Source: Nanobdellota archaeon
Lineage (GTDB): Archaea > Aenigmatarchaeota > Aenigmatarchaeia > QMZP01
Assembly (NCBI GenBank): GCA_043814765.1
Contig: JBDRJQ010000028.1
Span: forward strand, 1 to 64,000
DNA: 64,000 nt
Direction: 5' to 3'
A program made the translations under genes and the position numbers. Under the pieces are notes generated by a model. That model had not been told where the DNA came from. It was given only the letters and a program-made list of their open reading frames with translations, and searched no databases. Of the stretch, positions 28,484 to 38,779 are shown one piece after another. Every line of letters begins with the position of its first letter. The first letter of the stretch is position 1.

Positions 28484-29707
28484 ATGATGGAAAAAAAGCA
28501 GTTTAGAGGGCAGATCTATTCTCTGATAGCAATACTAATAATAGTACCGCTCTTAATCTTTTTAGTTTTTTTCCTTGGATTTTCTTACAACATCTCATAC
28601 GGTTCCCTGGAAAAAATAGTAGCTGATCAAATAAACGATGTCGCAAATGACATGGAAAATGACTTTGAAAGGGCGATTAAAATATCAGGGAAAAGGGCTC
28701 TCATATCTGCTGCAAACCATATAATCATAAATGGTGTTGAGCTATCTAACTCTACAGAAACAGTTAAAGAACTCATGTTATACGGAACGCTTGACGGTAA
28801 TGAGCATTTGCTTATGAGAAACAATACACTAAACTACTGGCGAGATGAGATATTAGGGGTGTATACAGGATTTGATACTAATCTGAATTTCAGTGGCTTG
28901 GATGTCACCAATTATGATGGCCTTCATATCAAAGCTACAATTAATATGGTTATTAACGTTACTAGTCCGGCACAAGAAGCTGGCATAGACAAGGATATAA
29001 TAAAAGAAATTCTGATATCAACAGAACAGCTTGAAGATGTAGTCTTTGCTCTAAACACTGGTGGTTTTGTTTCACGCATTATAAAGAGATACCCTTATCC
29101 TTATCACACGAAGAAAATAGTTACTGGCAGCACTGGTTCTGGAGAATCTTGTTCCGGCAACATAACATTCGATTCAGCTTATTCAGGTTCTGACAAATCA
29201 CAGAGGATACTCGTAACAAATGATGCAACCGGCGTATCCGGTTTTGCTGGAGTGGTCTCAGAAGGGGCAAGCGCACCAAGCGTTTCTTGTTATTTGCTAA
29301 ACGCCAATGATGCAATAAATCTAACAAATATAACTATCATCGAATCTGGCTACAATAAAACATTTTTAGATAACAATACAAAGGCTCTTTGGTCATTACC
29401 AGTAGAGACAATTTTAAATGAAAAGTATTATTCTAGCTTTGCTGGTGACACTGGTCCGAATATATTAATGAGATTAGAGAATAACATATCGCAAATACAG
29501 AGCAGTTTCGAAACGTTTGTGAATGTCCCGGAAATTCAAAGTTTAGCAGGCTCTAGTTATCTTTCAACCAATCCGTCCCAGTCAGTCGTGGAATATAAAT
29601 ACTTCTCAAGCCAAAATTATAATGGAAATACTGTTCGAGGTTTTCCTTCATGGTTTAAGATAGATTCTCAAGATGCTTTAAAATATGAACTAGATGAATT
29701 AATATAA
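28484..29707 (+). CDS. Minor pilin-like protein (class III signal peptide)
   Basis: RG/QIYSLIAILII followed by a hydrophobic helix. Confidence 0.75.
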   Translation: MMEKKQFRGQIYSLIAILIIVPLLIFLVFFLGFSYNISYGSLEKIVADQINDVANDMENDFERAIKISGKRALISAANHIIINGVELSNSTETVKELMLYGTLDGNEHLLMRNNTLNYWRDEILGVYTGFDTNLNFSGLDVTNYDGLHIKATINMVINVTSPAQEAGIDKDIIKEILISTEQLEDVVFALNTGGFVSRIIKRYPYPYHTKKIVTGSTGSGESCSGNITFDSAYSGSDKSQRILVTNDATGVSGFAGVVSEGASAPSVSCYLLNANDAINLTNITIIESGYNKTFLDNNTKALWSLPVETILNEKYYSSFAGDTGPNILMRLENNISQIQSSFETFVNVPEIQSLAGSSYLSTNPSQSVVEYKYFSSQNYNGNTVRGFPSWFKIDSQDALKYELDELI

Positions 29708-29714
29708 TAATTAG

Positions 29715-30347
29715 GTGTGCAATTTGGCAAAAAAAGAAAAGGAAAATACCATTAAAGATCCAACCCATATAGAAACAGATATTGATAAGCTGTTAAAAAT
29801 GATTCTAAAAAACGAAAAGGTTATGCTTTCTGAAGCTGTCTCAACATTTGGCGTTTCAAAAGAGGTAATAGAAGAGTGGGGCAACATACTTGAAAGTAAT
29901 AGTCTAATAGAAGTTCACTACCCCATAATAGGCGAGCCAAGTTTGCAGGTTATAAGGGAAAAGAAAGAAAAATTAAAAAAAAGTGAAAAGAAAAAGGATG
30001 TCAAGATTAGGCTTCCAGAAAAAGCTCCCAAAGAATTAGAAAAACAAGAATCTATAAAACCAAAGAAAAAAAAATTCAATAAAAAAATTGGTGCAATTAC
30101 AACTGCAATTATTGCCATATCTTTAGTTTTATTGGCTCTATACTTTACGGGATACGGCACTTCATTATTCGAATCAATAAGTTACTTCATGAATATCTAT
30201 TTGCCCCAGCTTGGAGAATATAGCATGCTTGCAAAAACTTACCTACTTTTAATAGTAATCGTACCAATAATTATTATTATAACAGGGTTCTTAACCCTTA
30301 AAAAATACAACGTAAATATAAAATCTTTTCGATTGGGTAGAAAATGA
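29715..30347 (+). CDS. wHTH-like protein with two C-terminal TMs
   Basis: IETDIDKLL...FGVSKEVIEEWGNILE..LIEVHY, Lys-rich linker, 2 TM. Confidence 0.7.
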   Translation: MCNLAKKEKENTIKDPTHIETDIDKLLKMILKNEKVMLSEAVSTFGVSKEVIEEWGNILESNSLIEVHYPIIGEPSLQVIREKKEKLKKSEKKKDVKIRLPEKAPKELEKQESIKPKKKKFNKKIGAITTAIIAISLVLLALYFTGYGTSLFESISYFMNIYLPQLGEYSMLAKTYLLLIVIVPIIIIITGFLTLKKYNVNIKSFRLGRK

Positions 30348-31933
30348 AAAGAACATTAGAAAAATACAGAATGGTAGTTGATGACATACCTGTTAACATT
30401 AGGATTTACGAAGACTCCGCCGAATTTGTTCCTATTTATGAAGTAACTTTTCCACAGCTAGAGGAAGCTACTACTGCTGCTCTTGAAAAGGTTAGAGAAA
30501 AACTGATAACAGAAATAATAATAGAGCCAAGTGAAATTATAGATCCAAGAGAGTATAAGCAGCTAAGAGACAAATTCATAAAAAAAGCAGGCGAGTTGAT
30601 AGAAAAGGAACTTCCAACAGTAGCGCCAAATGAGAGAAAAATACTAATGGGAACGCTTCTGCATCATTCTCTGGGTTTAGGTTACATCGAAATGCTTCTT
30701 GACGATCAAAAACTCGAAGAAATTGTTATCAATAGTTCTAAAGAACCGCTCTGGGTTTATCATATCAAACGTGGCTGGTTAAAAACCAATCTTTCTGTTG
30801 AATCAGAGGCGAAAATATACAACTACGCATCTTCCGTAGGAAGGAGAGTCGGTACGCAAATAACTAATCTTAATCCTTTAATGGATGCGTATCTTCCAAG
30901 CGGAGACAGGACCAATGCAACGCTTTTTCCAATAAGCTCTTCTGGTAACACAATGACTATTCGAAAGTTCGCCAGAAGACCATGGACTATTACAGATTTC
31001 ATAGAGCTCAAAACAATAACATCAGAAGCAGCTGCTTTCCTATGGCTAGCTATTCAATACGAACTGAATATTCTTATCGCAGGTGGCACTGCATCTGGTA
31101 AGACGTCACTGCTTAACTCGCTTACATGCTTCATACCACCAAACCACAGAATTATTTCAATAGAGGACACAAGAGAGATACAGCTGCCAAAATACCTTCA
31201 CTGGGTACCTCTCACAACAAGACCTCCTAATCCTGAAGGAAAAGGAGAGATAACAATGCTTAATTTGATGATAAACGCTCTGAGGATGAGGCCTGACAGA
31301 GTGATAGTAGGCGAGATGAGGAGAAGAAAGGAAGCTGAAGTTTTGTTCGAAGCTATACACACAGGCCATTCTGTGTACTCAACAGTGCACGCTAACACTG
31401 CTGAAGAAGCTTACAGACGTCTTGTTAATCCTCCTATAGGAATACCTCCAGCCATGTTAGGCGGTTTGCAGCTTATAGCTGTCATGCATAGAGACAGAAG
31501 AAAAAACATAAGAAGGGTGCTCCAGATATCCGAATTATCCATGAGTGGTGAGGTTTCAGACACTAATATAGAGCTTAACACAGTTTTTCGCTGGGTCGCT
31601 TCTAATGATACTATTATGAAATTTGCAAAGTCTTACAGAACCATGAATGATATAAAACTTTATACAGGCATGTCTGATACTGACATAAAAAATGATCTTG
31701 AAGATAAAAGATTCATTTTAAACTGGCTCGTTGAAAAACAGATAAAAGACATACATGAAGTTGGCAGAATTATTTCTGAATACTATATCAATCCAAGCAA
31801 GGTGCTGAAAAAAATTAAAAGCGGTGAAATGGAGTACAGCAAACAGGCTATTAAACCGCCACAACCAACAGAAAAACCAAAGATTAATTACCCATTAAAA
31901 GATAAAACAAAGCACATGACAGAACTTAAATAA
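30344..31933 (+). CDS. Type IV pilus / secretion assembly ATPase (VirB11/TadA/FlaI family)
   Basis: GGTASGKT, SIEDTREI, ALRMRPDRVIVGEMR, TGH..YSTVHA. Confidence 0.93.
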   Translation: MKRTLEKYRMVVDDIPVNIRIYEDSAEFVPIYEVTFPQLEEATTAALEKVREKLITEIIIEPSEIIDPREYKQLRDKFIKKAGELIEKELPTVAPNERKILMGTLLHHSLGLGYIEMLLDDQKLEEIVINSSKEPLWVYHIKRGWLKTNLSVESEAKIYNYASSVGRRVGTQITNLNPLMDAYLPSGDRTNATLFPISSSGNTMTIRKFARRPWTITDFIELKTITSEAAAFLWLAIQYELNILIAGGTASGKTSLLNSLTCFIPPNHRIISIEDTREIQLPKYLHWVPLTTRPPNPEGKGEITMLNLMINALRMRPDRVIVGEMRRRKEAEVLFEAIHTGHSVYSTVHANTAEEAYRRLVNPPIGIPPAMLGGLQLIAVMHRDRRKNIRRVLQISELSMSGEVSDTNIELNTVFRWVASNDTIMKFAKSYRTMNDIKLYTGMSDTDIKNDLEDKRFILNWLVEKQIKDIHEVGRIISEYYINPSKVLKKIKSGEMEYSKQAIKPPQPTEKPKINYPLKDKTKHMTELK

Positions 31934-31992
31934 TAAACAGTTATAAAGCAACCATTTATTACAAGATAATAGAATATTTATAGAGTAATATT

Positions 31993-32277
31993 ATGGCCGA
32001 AGATCAACCAATTAGGGTAAGACTTCCTAGGGGCAAGGAAGTAATGGGATTTGTTGAGGAATTCTTAGGTGCAAGCAGATTTAAAGTTAGATGCAAAGAC
32101 GGTCACACAAGAATGTGCAGGATACCTGGAAAGTTCAGGAAGCGCTTCAGAATGACTGTCGGTGATATTGTTATAATTGAACCGTGGGACGTCCAGCCAG
32201 AGGAAAAAGGAGATGTTGTATGGATATACAACAAGACACAAATGTTTTGGCTAAGAAAACATGGTCACGGGGAATAA
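31993..32277 (+). CDS. eif1a: Translation initiation factor aIF-1A
   Basis: RVRLP, LGASRF.V.C.DG..R.CRIPGK, PWDVQ.EKGD. Confidence 0.96.
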   Translation: MAEDQPIRVRLPRGKEVMGFVEEFLGASRFKVRCKDGHTRMCRIPGKFRKRFRMTVGDIVIIEPWDVQPEEKGDVVWIYNKTQMFWLRKHGHGE

Positions 32278-32314
32278 ACGGAGGACTGACAATTTAATAT
32301 TGTCTTAATTTTTT

Positions 32315-32803
32315 ATGGCAGAAGTTGTTTTGATTCCCAATGATAGAAGACCTATTTTAATAGGAAAAAACGGCTCTATTAAGAAAAGAATAGAGAAGCT
32401 GACTAATACAAAGATAACAGTAAGAGAAGATGTAGAGATAGAAGGAGATATTTTTGATGTTGCAAAGGCAAAGGATATAATCACTGCAATTGCGAGAGGA
32501 TTCTCACCTGAACGCGCTTTTATTTTACTGAATGAAAATTTTGAGCTAAAAATTATCACATTAAAAGGCCAGACAGATAAGACAATAAAACGTTTGATGG
32601 CTCGTGTTATAGGCCGTAAAGGATCAACCAGAAGAATAATAGAGCTTGAAACCGGTGCAAAGATATCCATTTATGGCAAGACTGTTTCTATAATAGGCGA
32701 ACTAAAAAAATTGGAAGCTGCTCAGGAAGCGGTTGAAGCCATCCTGGCAGGCAGAAAACACGGTACTGCCTACAAGAGAATGCTGAGAAAAGTTAAGGAT
32801 TAA
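32315..32803 (+). CDS. Dim2/PNO1 KH-domain pre-rRNA processing protein
   Basis: LIGKNG, AIARGFSPERA, RVIGRKG, GRKH..AY. Confidence 0.93.
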   Translation: MAEVVLIPNDRRPILIGKNGSIKKRIEKLTNTKITVREDVEIEGDIFDVAKAKDIITAIARGFSPERAFILLNENFELKIITLKGQTDKTIKRLMARVIGRKGSTRRIIELETGAKISIYGKTVSIIGELKKLEAAQEAVEAILAGRKHGTAYKRMLRKVKD

Positions 32804-33894
32804 GCTCTTAGTGTTAATTCGCTTATAGATTCTTCCTTGTTTATTTTATCTATTGCTTTTGCTATAAGCGGTTCAACAGGAATCTCTTCAAGCCAGTCAA
32901 AAGTTTTTCCATGTCGAATAGCATTTGAAGCAAATACTCCACTCAAGAAACCATCTTCATACAATTCTCCCAAAAGCTCTTCTGCCCTTCCGGTTAACTG
33001 TGCATATGTGCATAAACATTGCATGCTTCTTGCTCCTCTATCACGGCACTCCTTTCCTAATGCTACTATAGTTGATCCGCTGCCTATAATATCATCAACA
33101 GCAAGAACATCCCTGCCTTCAACATTTCCTATAAGCTCTATACTGTCAACTAAATTCTCTTCTTTATGCACACGTTCTTTGTCTCCTATAACAGTTGGCA
33201 ATGACATTATAGGTTTACCTGGTTTTGGTTGACCGTATACTAATAAACCAAGACGTGCTGCATATGCTCTTGCTCTTCCAGCTCCTCCTGGATCTGGCGA
33301 CAATAAAGAAGTGTTTTCAGTAACTAATTCAGGATGATTATCTTTAATATAATCTACAGCTACTGGTCTAAAACTCAGGTCTTCAAAACCCATACCAGAA
33401 TCTGCATAGCCTCGAATCTGTCTGGCATGAAGACTCAAAGTCATTATATAGTTTGCTCCTGCTGTTTTCAAAAACTTAGGCACTAGAGAAGCTGTTATGC
33501 CTTCTCTCTGATGTTTTTCATCAGGACTCTGTATCTTAAATTGAGCGTCTTGCCTTTGATAAGGAAATGGCAACACAACAGCAGTTATGCTTCCTGCTAT
33601 TGCTCTTGATGCAGCATCAATTGCTGTAAGCATATACATGAAGTTGTCATTAACAGTGTAGTATTCATTACCAGCAAATGATTTTACTCTTTTATTTTCA
33701 AGATTTTGAAAGCACTGAATGACATAAACATCTCTGCCTCTGACATTTTCACCTATTACGCATCGGCCTTCAGAATCTTCAAAATCCCTATCTTCTGCAT
33801 CTATAAGATGTATTCCAAGCTCTCCTGCGACACCTTCTGCAAAATATCTTCCAGAATTGTTTGCTATTAAAGCAATTTCTCCTCTATATGACAT
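32800..33894 (-). CDS. prs: Ribose-phosphate pyrophosphokinase (divergent)
   Basis: F.DSE, ENVRGRDVYVIQ, PFPYQRQD, LHARQI, SPDPGG..RA, VDDIIGSGST. Confidence 0.9.
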   Translation of the reverse strand: MSYRGEIALIANNSGRYFAEGVAGELGIHLIDAEDRDFEDSEGRCVIGENVRGRDVYVIQCFQNLENKRVKSFAGNEYYTVNDNFMYMLTAIDAASRAIAGSITAVVLPFPYQRQDAQFKIQSPDEKHQREGITASLVPKFLKTAGANYIMTLSLHARQIRGYADSGMGFEDLSFRPVAVDYIKDNHPELVTENTSLLSPDPGGAGRARAYAARLGLLVYGQPKPGKPIMSLPTVIGDKERVHKEENLVDSIELIGNVEGRDVLAVDDIIGSGSTIVALGKECRDRGARSMQCLCTYAQLTGRAEELLGELYEDGFLSGVFASNAIRHGKTFDWLEEIPVEPLIAKAIDKINKEESISELTLRA

Positions 33895-33959
33895 ATCCAG
33901 ATATTAGTGAACAAGCTTTTTATTGGTATTCAATACAGTGAATATTTAGAATATAGTAA

Positions 33960-34187
33960 CTATTCCTTTTTCTTATCCAATTCTGTGTAACCGCATTTGC
34001 CACAATAAGTCCTGTTCTTATGCTGTGATAACCATGTTCCAGCTCCACATCGTGGACATGATCTCCTCTTTTTGTTAACAGATGATCCTTGCACTTCATA
34101 ATAAGTGTTAGGTTTAAGTGATTCGTGTTTTCTGCCTTTTCTCTGCTTCTTGCCCTTTCTTACAGCTTTTTTTTGTTTTTTACCCAT
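33960..34187 (-). CDS. rps27ae: 30S ribosomal protein eS31 (S27ae)
   Basis: CPRCGAG..L..H..R.YCGKCGYTE with a basic N-terminal extension. Confidence 0.95.
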   Translation of the reverse strand: MGKKQKKAVRKGKKQRKGRKHESLKPNTYYEVQGSSVNKKRRSCPRCGAGTWLSQHKNRTYCGKCGYTELDKKKE

Positions 34188-34281
34188 ATATCTAATTACC
34201 TGTCCACTCTATTAACATCACAAAGGCGACCATATTCAAACAATATTAGCCGTCAACTATTATAACGCGCTATTAGCATTA

Positions 34282-34614
34282 TTAATGCTTTTTATCCTTC
34301 TTTTTTGTTTTTGGAGTACTTAAACTTTTCTCTCTCAGGCCTGCTTCCTTTACTTTTTCAATTGAATAGCCTTTCTTTTCTTCACTTATTTTCATTGGTT
34401 TTTTGAAAAAATAGTAAATAATAGCTCCCAGCATCATAGCTGCATAGATTATTGCCCATATCACTAGGAAGGCAAATATCAATGCTAGAATCCCTATTGC
34501 AAACAAGAGTATGATAGGCCAGAAGAGAAAAAATATTACACCTGTTATCGCTAAAGCTATTATGCCAAACAAGAAAAGTCCTGTTAGTTTGAATATGTAT
34601 TTTTTTTCTGGCAT
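34282..34614 (-). CDS. Small membrane protein
   Basis: Long hydrophobic stretch and basic C-terminus. Confidence 0.7.
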   Translation of the reverse strand: MPEKKYIFKLTGLFLFGIIALAITGVIFFLFWPIILLFAIGILALIFAFLVIWAIIYAAMMLGAIIYYFFKKPMKISEEKKGYSIEKVKEAGLREKSLSTPKTKKKDKKH

Positions 34615-35354
34615 TATCTTCTGCCTCCCATCATTGAACCGATTATAGCGCCTGCAGCGACTCCTCCGGCTGCACCGCCTGTTTTTGGCAAGTATTCTGC
34701 CAATTTACCTGCTAGCTCATTAACTGGCATGCTCTGAACCCATACGCGCCCAGGACCTGTTATAGTGGCAAGGAATAATCCTTCTCCTCCCCATATTATG
34801 TTTTTAACGCCTTTTACGCGCTCTACATCATAATCCATGCCTTCATCAAACATGGCCAAATTGCCTGTGTCAACCCTTATTTTTTGTCCAGCTTTTAGCT
34901 TCATCTCTGTAACTTCTCCGCCAACATTAAAGAAGACTTGTCCAGGACCTTTTATTTTAACCAATATAAGCCCCTCTCCACCGAGTAACCCAGCTCCTAT
35001 TCTCTTTGTGAATGTCGCATCAAAAGTAACGCTTTCCTCTGAACATAAGAAGGCATCCTTTTGGGCTATTATGGTTTCACCATTCTTCATTTTCATTGGT
35101 ATTATTTTACCAGGAAACTCAGTGCCAAATCCCATTGTGCCAGGACCTGCTTGCGGTGTGAAATGAACAAGAAAGAAAGACTCTCCTGCAAACTTTCTTT
35201 TCAGGCCTGCGAAAAGTCCGCCTTTGGCTTTGGTCTCCATTTTAACATTATCTGACATATAGACGAGTCTTCCAGACTCAGAAACAATAGTTTCATTTTG
35301 TGCAAGTTCCACATTCAGCATCTGCATTGTGGTGCCCTGCAAATCGTATTTCAT
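34614..35354 (-). CDS. AIM24/TIGR00266 family protein
   Basis: GESFF, FPGKI, QKDAFL, GGEG repeats, GPGRVWVQSMP. Confidence 0.92.
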   Translation of the reverse strand: MKYDLQGTTMQMLNVELAQNETIVSESGRLVYMSDNVKMETKAKGGLFAGLKRKFAGESFFLVHFTPQAGPGTMGFGTEFPGKIIPMKMKNGETIIAQKDAFLCSEESVTFDATFTKRIGAGLLGGEGLILVKIKGPGQVFFNVGGEVTEMKLKAGQKIRVDTGNLAMFDEGMDYDVERVKGVKNIIWGGEGLFLATITGPGRVWVQSMPVNELAGKLAEYLPKTGGAAGGVAAGAIIGSMMGGRR

Positions 35355-35357
35355 TTG

Positions 35358-35864
35358 CTATCCACCTTCTTCTTTAGGAATTTCAGCTGGTTTTTCTTCT
35401 TTGGGTTGAACCTTTTCTAAAGGTTCATTTTCTAAATGCTGCTTTGGAGCAACTTCAGGTTTTGCCTTGCCCTTGCTTGTGCGTTTTTCTAGCTTATCAA
35501 GCTTGAATTTAGGTATGTCTTTTTTGTCTTTGTAAACAAGAACCCTAACCTTTGATTCTGCTCTGCCACGATCAGAAAATATCTTCTCTATAAGAATTAC
35601 ATCTTCGTTTATTTTCAAAACCTTTACTATTTCTTTGGTTAAATTAACACGTGTAGGTGTGGACTGTGAATTATGAGCAACTTGAATGATAAATTCTGTC
35701 CTCTTCATTAAAGGATTTTTTCTTTCAGAGACTATATCAAGTTTGTAACCTAATTTTGGTCTTGGTTTTTCTTTTTTTACTTCTGCCTTTTCTATCTTAG
35801 GAGCCTCTTCAGTAGGTTTTTCCTCTTCAGGTGCTTTCTCTACTTTGGGTTTATCGTCTGGCAT
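35358..35864 (-). CDS. rps24e: 30S ribosomal protein eS24 with charged extensions
   Basis: NPLMKRTE...H...TPTR...G...VY core. Confidence 0.88.
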   Translation of the reverse strand: MPDDKPKVEKAPEEEKPTEEAPKIEKAEVKKEKPRPKLGYKLDIVSERKNPLMKRTEFIIQVAHNSQSTPTRVNLTKEIVKVLKINEDVILIEKIFSDRGRAESKVRVLVYKDKKDIPKFKLDKLEKRTSKGKAKPEVAPKQHLENEPLEKVQPKEEKPAEIPKEEGG

Positions 35865-35906
35865 AACAAGAATATTGTATAGTGGGTTTTTAAAGGTTAA
35901 ATTGAT

Positions 35907-36956
35907 CTATTTTCCCTTTACAATTTTTCTCACAGGCCATGATATTTCTATCTTTTCCTTATCGAAGCGTTTTTTCAGGGCCTTTATGAATTCGTGCGTA
36001 ATTAGGTATTTCTTTGTGAATTCTTCTACTCGCAGAATTACAGAAAAATCTATATTAGAATCTCCAAAATTATTGAATCTTACCATAGGTTCATGGTCTT
36101 TTACAGCTCCATCAACTGTTTTTTGCATTTCATTAGCAACTTCCAAAGTTACTTTCTCTACCTTGTAAAGATCTTCAGTATAAGCAACGCCACATTTTAT
36201 TATTACAGATGTTGGTTTTGAAGGTAGTGTATTGTTTATTATTGTACTGTCTGCAAGCTTACCGTTCGGGACTATTATGGAAACATTGCCCATTGTTCTG
36301 ATTCTGGTGGATCTCCATCCTATCTCTTCAACAAATCCCTTTGTGTTAGCATCAAGTTCAATGTAGTCTCCTACATTTATTGGCCTGTCAGACACTATGT
36401 GAATGCCTGCAAAGAAGTTTGACAACGTATCCTGGAGAGCCAAACCAATTGCTATGCCACCAACACCAAGTGCTGCTATTGCTCCTGTGAGATCTGCTCC
36501 AAAACGGCCCATTATAACAAACAATGCAACTATGTAAATTATTAAAATAATCACCTTGTTTAGGATGTTTGGGGTGTTCTGAACTCCTGTCTTTACATGA
36601 AGCCCTTTACCTACAAATATTCTTACTATCCTTGATACAACTAGAGCAATCAAAAGAATGTAAATTATGTAAAAACTATCAGATATTAATTGCTGGTATG
36701 ATGAGAAAATACTCAAAATTCCAAGACCCATTTGAAAACCAAACAGTGTTATAGATATTAATATTGGCTTTCTAACTGCAGCTATTATCTTGTCATCTAT
36801 GTCTGTTTTGGTTTTTCCTGTGAGCTTGCTTAGTGTTCTAATAACAGCAAACTGAACTATCTTAGAACCGATAATTGCTGCTATTAAAATTATAATAAAA
36901 GTTAGATACTCTTGACCTATCATGGTTTGTAGGTCTCCTAAGAATTCAAACACCAT
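35907..36956 (-). CDS. mscS: Small-conductance mechanosensitive channel
   Basis: GVGGIAIGLALQDTLSNFFAG, GDYI, IGWRST, VPN, FGDSNIDF. Confidence 0.95.
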   Translation of the reverse strand: MVFEFLGDLQTMIGQEYLTFIIILIAAIIGSKIVQFAVIRTLSKLTGKTKTDIDDKIIAAVRKPILISITLFGFQMGLGILSIFSSYQQLISDSFYIIYILLIALVVSRIVRIFVGKGLHVKTGVQNTPNILNKVIILIIYIVALFVIMGRFGADLTGAIAALGVGGIAIGLALQDTLSNFFAGIHIVSDRPINVGDYIELDANTKGFVEEIGWRSTRIRTMGNVSIIVPNGKLADSTIINNTLPSKPTSVIIKCGVAYTEDLYKVEKVTLEVANEMQKTVDGAVKDHEPMVRFNNFGDSNIDFSVILRVEEFTKKYLITHEFIKALKKRFDKEKIEISWPVRKIVKGK

Positions 36957-36960
36957 AATA

Positions 36961-37152
36961 TCACTTCACCCAAATGGAGTATTTTCCTTTATGGGTTATG
37001 CCAAGATATTGTGCAACTTCAGAGTTAGCAGGATCCTTTATGAAAATTATACCTTTCCAGCTTCTGGAAAAGTTTGCCTGATTGCATGTAGGGCATACAG
37101 TACCCTTAACAAATCTTTTGCAGTTTCTGCAAACCTTTTCTTTTGTGCTCAT
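36961..37152 (-). CDS. spt4: Transcription elongation factor Spt4 (RpoE'')
   Basis: CRNC...CPTC...WKG...DP..SEVA..LGI..GKY. Confidence 0.95.
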   Translation of the reverse strand: MSTKEKVCRNCKRFVKGTVCPTCNQANFSRSWKGIIFIKDPANSEVAQYLGITHKGKYSIWVK

Positions 37153-37153
37153 A

Positions 37154-37753
37154 TTATTTATCCCCTAACTTTCTTTCAGATTTTCGTCCGCTCTTCATTC
37201 TTACTGTTTTTTCTTCATGAACTGTTTTTCTGTCCTTCCAATCAATTCCTCCAAGTCCCTGTTGCCTTGTTGTTAAACCAATCTTGTATTCCTTTCCTGT
37301 ACTGGAAACTGATATGATTCTGGCTGTTACAGAATCCCCTTCTTTTAGTATGTTGTGTGTGTCTCTTCCGATAAAAACAGCTTTTTTTGGATCATATGAA
37401 ACAAAATCATCCATTAGTTGTGATACGTGTATCATGCCGTCAAGAGGTCCTATTCTGACAAAAACACCGAATTCTGTTACATCTATTACAAAACCCTTTA
37501 CTATTTCATGCATGTCTGGTTCGTAAGACAGTAACCTGAAATCCACTGGATAGTGTATTGCTCCGTCTCCTGCTAGTATCTTTCCTTCACCAACCTCTTT
37601 TATTGATACTATGGATAATGCTACGCCAATATCCTTTTCTATTGTGCCTTCCCACTTGTCTTCAAGGCTGCTCTTTACAGCGTTTTCTAAACCAAGGCTA
37701 AACTTTACAGGCGGTACCCTGACTTTGTCCTTTATAGTTAATATCTTGTACAT
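37154..37753 (-). CDS. rpoE1: RNA polymerase subunit E' (Rpo7)
   Basis: VRVPP..F, GDGA, FGVFVRIGPLDGMIHVSQ, IGLTTRQ.GLG. Confidence 0.96.
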   Translation of the reverse strand: MYKILTIKDKVRVPPVKFSLGLENAVKSSLEDKWEGTIEKDIGVALSIVSIKEVGEGKILAGDGAIHYPVDFRLLSYEPDMHEIVKGFVIDVTEFGVFVRIGPLDGMIHVSQLMDDFVSYDPKKAVFIGRDTHNILKEGDSVTARIISVSSTGKEYKIGLTTRQQGLGGIDWKDRKTVHEEKTVRMKSGRKSERKLGDK

Positions 37754-37883
37754 ACAATAAAACCTCATCTCTTTATTCTTATAGCTTCTATATAAAGCTA
37801 TAAAAATTAATATATATAATTTGCTTTATGATACTTATAAAATCGCTGTATGATGCTCATTATAAGGCTATGGGGGGGATACT

Positions 37884-38120
37884 ATGGAAGTAACTGTTTA
37901 TTCAACACAAACCTGTCCGTACTGTCATATGGTCAAGGATTTCTTGAAAAAACACAACATAAAATTTAATGACGTTGATGTTTCTCAGGATCAGGAAAAA
38001 GCAAAAGAAATGATAGAGAAATCTGGTCAAATGGGAGTACCTGTAACAGAAATTAATGGTAAGATAATAATAGGTTTTAACCAGGATGCACTTAAAGAGG
38101 CACTAGGGATCAAAGATTAA
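37884..38120 (+). CDS. Glutaredoxin (NrdH/YruB-like)
   Basis: CPYC, SGQMGVP, IIGFN. Confidence 0.95.
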   Translation: MEVTVYSTQTCPYCHMVKDFLKKHNIKFNDVDVSQDQEKAKEMIEKSGQMGVPVTEINGKIIIGFNQDALKEALGIKD

Positions 38121-38224
38121 CTTTATAAACTCTCTAATGCTAAATACAGAAATAACATAGAGAAATAAACCATATTGATAATGAATTTCTTTATGTTGTT
38201 AATAAAATAGGAGATAAGAAAAAT

Positions 38225-38395
38225 ATGAGAGATGGAGACAGAGATAGACGTGGTGAACGAAATTTCGGTGGACCAAGAGAAATGCATAAAGCCACTTGTT
38301 CCGAATGCGGAAAGGAATGCGAAGTTCCTTTTAAGCCAGTAGAAGGAAGACCCGTTTTTTGCAGAGAATGTTTTGCTAAGAAAAGAGGACATTAA
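38225..38395 (+). CDS. CxxC-x17-CxxC zinc-finger protein (56 aa)
   Basis: Translated by hand: ...GPREMHKATCSECGKECEVPFKPVEGRPVFCRECFAK. Confidence 0.9.
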   Translation: MRDGDRDRRGERNFGGPREMHKATCSECGKECEVPFKPVEGRPVFCRECFAKKRGH

Positions 38396-38560
38396 TTTTA
38401 AAGACTTACTTTGATTAGTAAATTTTTATTAAATATTTAGTCCTTAGAAGCATTGAGGCAATCTCTTGTAAGACTTCAATTATTTATTTTTTAAACAAAA
38501 ACAGGCCTAGCGATAATGAAATATATAAAAATAAATAAGGGAACAAAAAATGGTTCCCAA

Positions 38561-38746
38561 TTATTTTTTCTTTGATTTTTTTTCACAGTATTTGCATTTT
38601 ACACCAGTCCATGTTACAGCCAATATGACGATTGCAAGTATAGCCATAATCCACTGAACTGCTGCCGCACCAACCAAATCTGGTAAGAACGTAAATACAA
38701 GAATCAATACTGCGATTATTGTTAATATCCAATTAGCGCATGTCAT
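38561..38746 (-). CDS. Small 2-TM protein with C-terminal CxxC
   Basis: MTCANWIL...CKYCEKKSKKK; ATG 38746 lies just downstream of tRNA-Thr. Confidence 0.7.
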   Translation of the reverse strand: MTCANWILTIIAVLILVFTFLPDLVGAAAVQWIMAILAIVILAVTWTGVKCKYCEKKSKKK

Positions 38747-38779
38747 AACAATTACTGGTAAAGGATTAATAAAAAGAAA

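Noticed and set aside
30344..31933. Archaellum motor ArlI
   Set aside because: No archaellin, arlH or arlJ nearby; the context is pilin/VWA.
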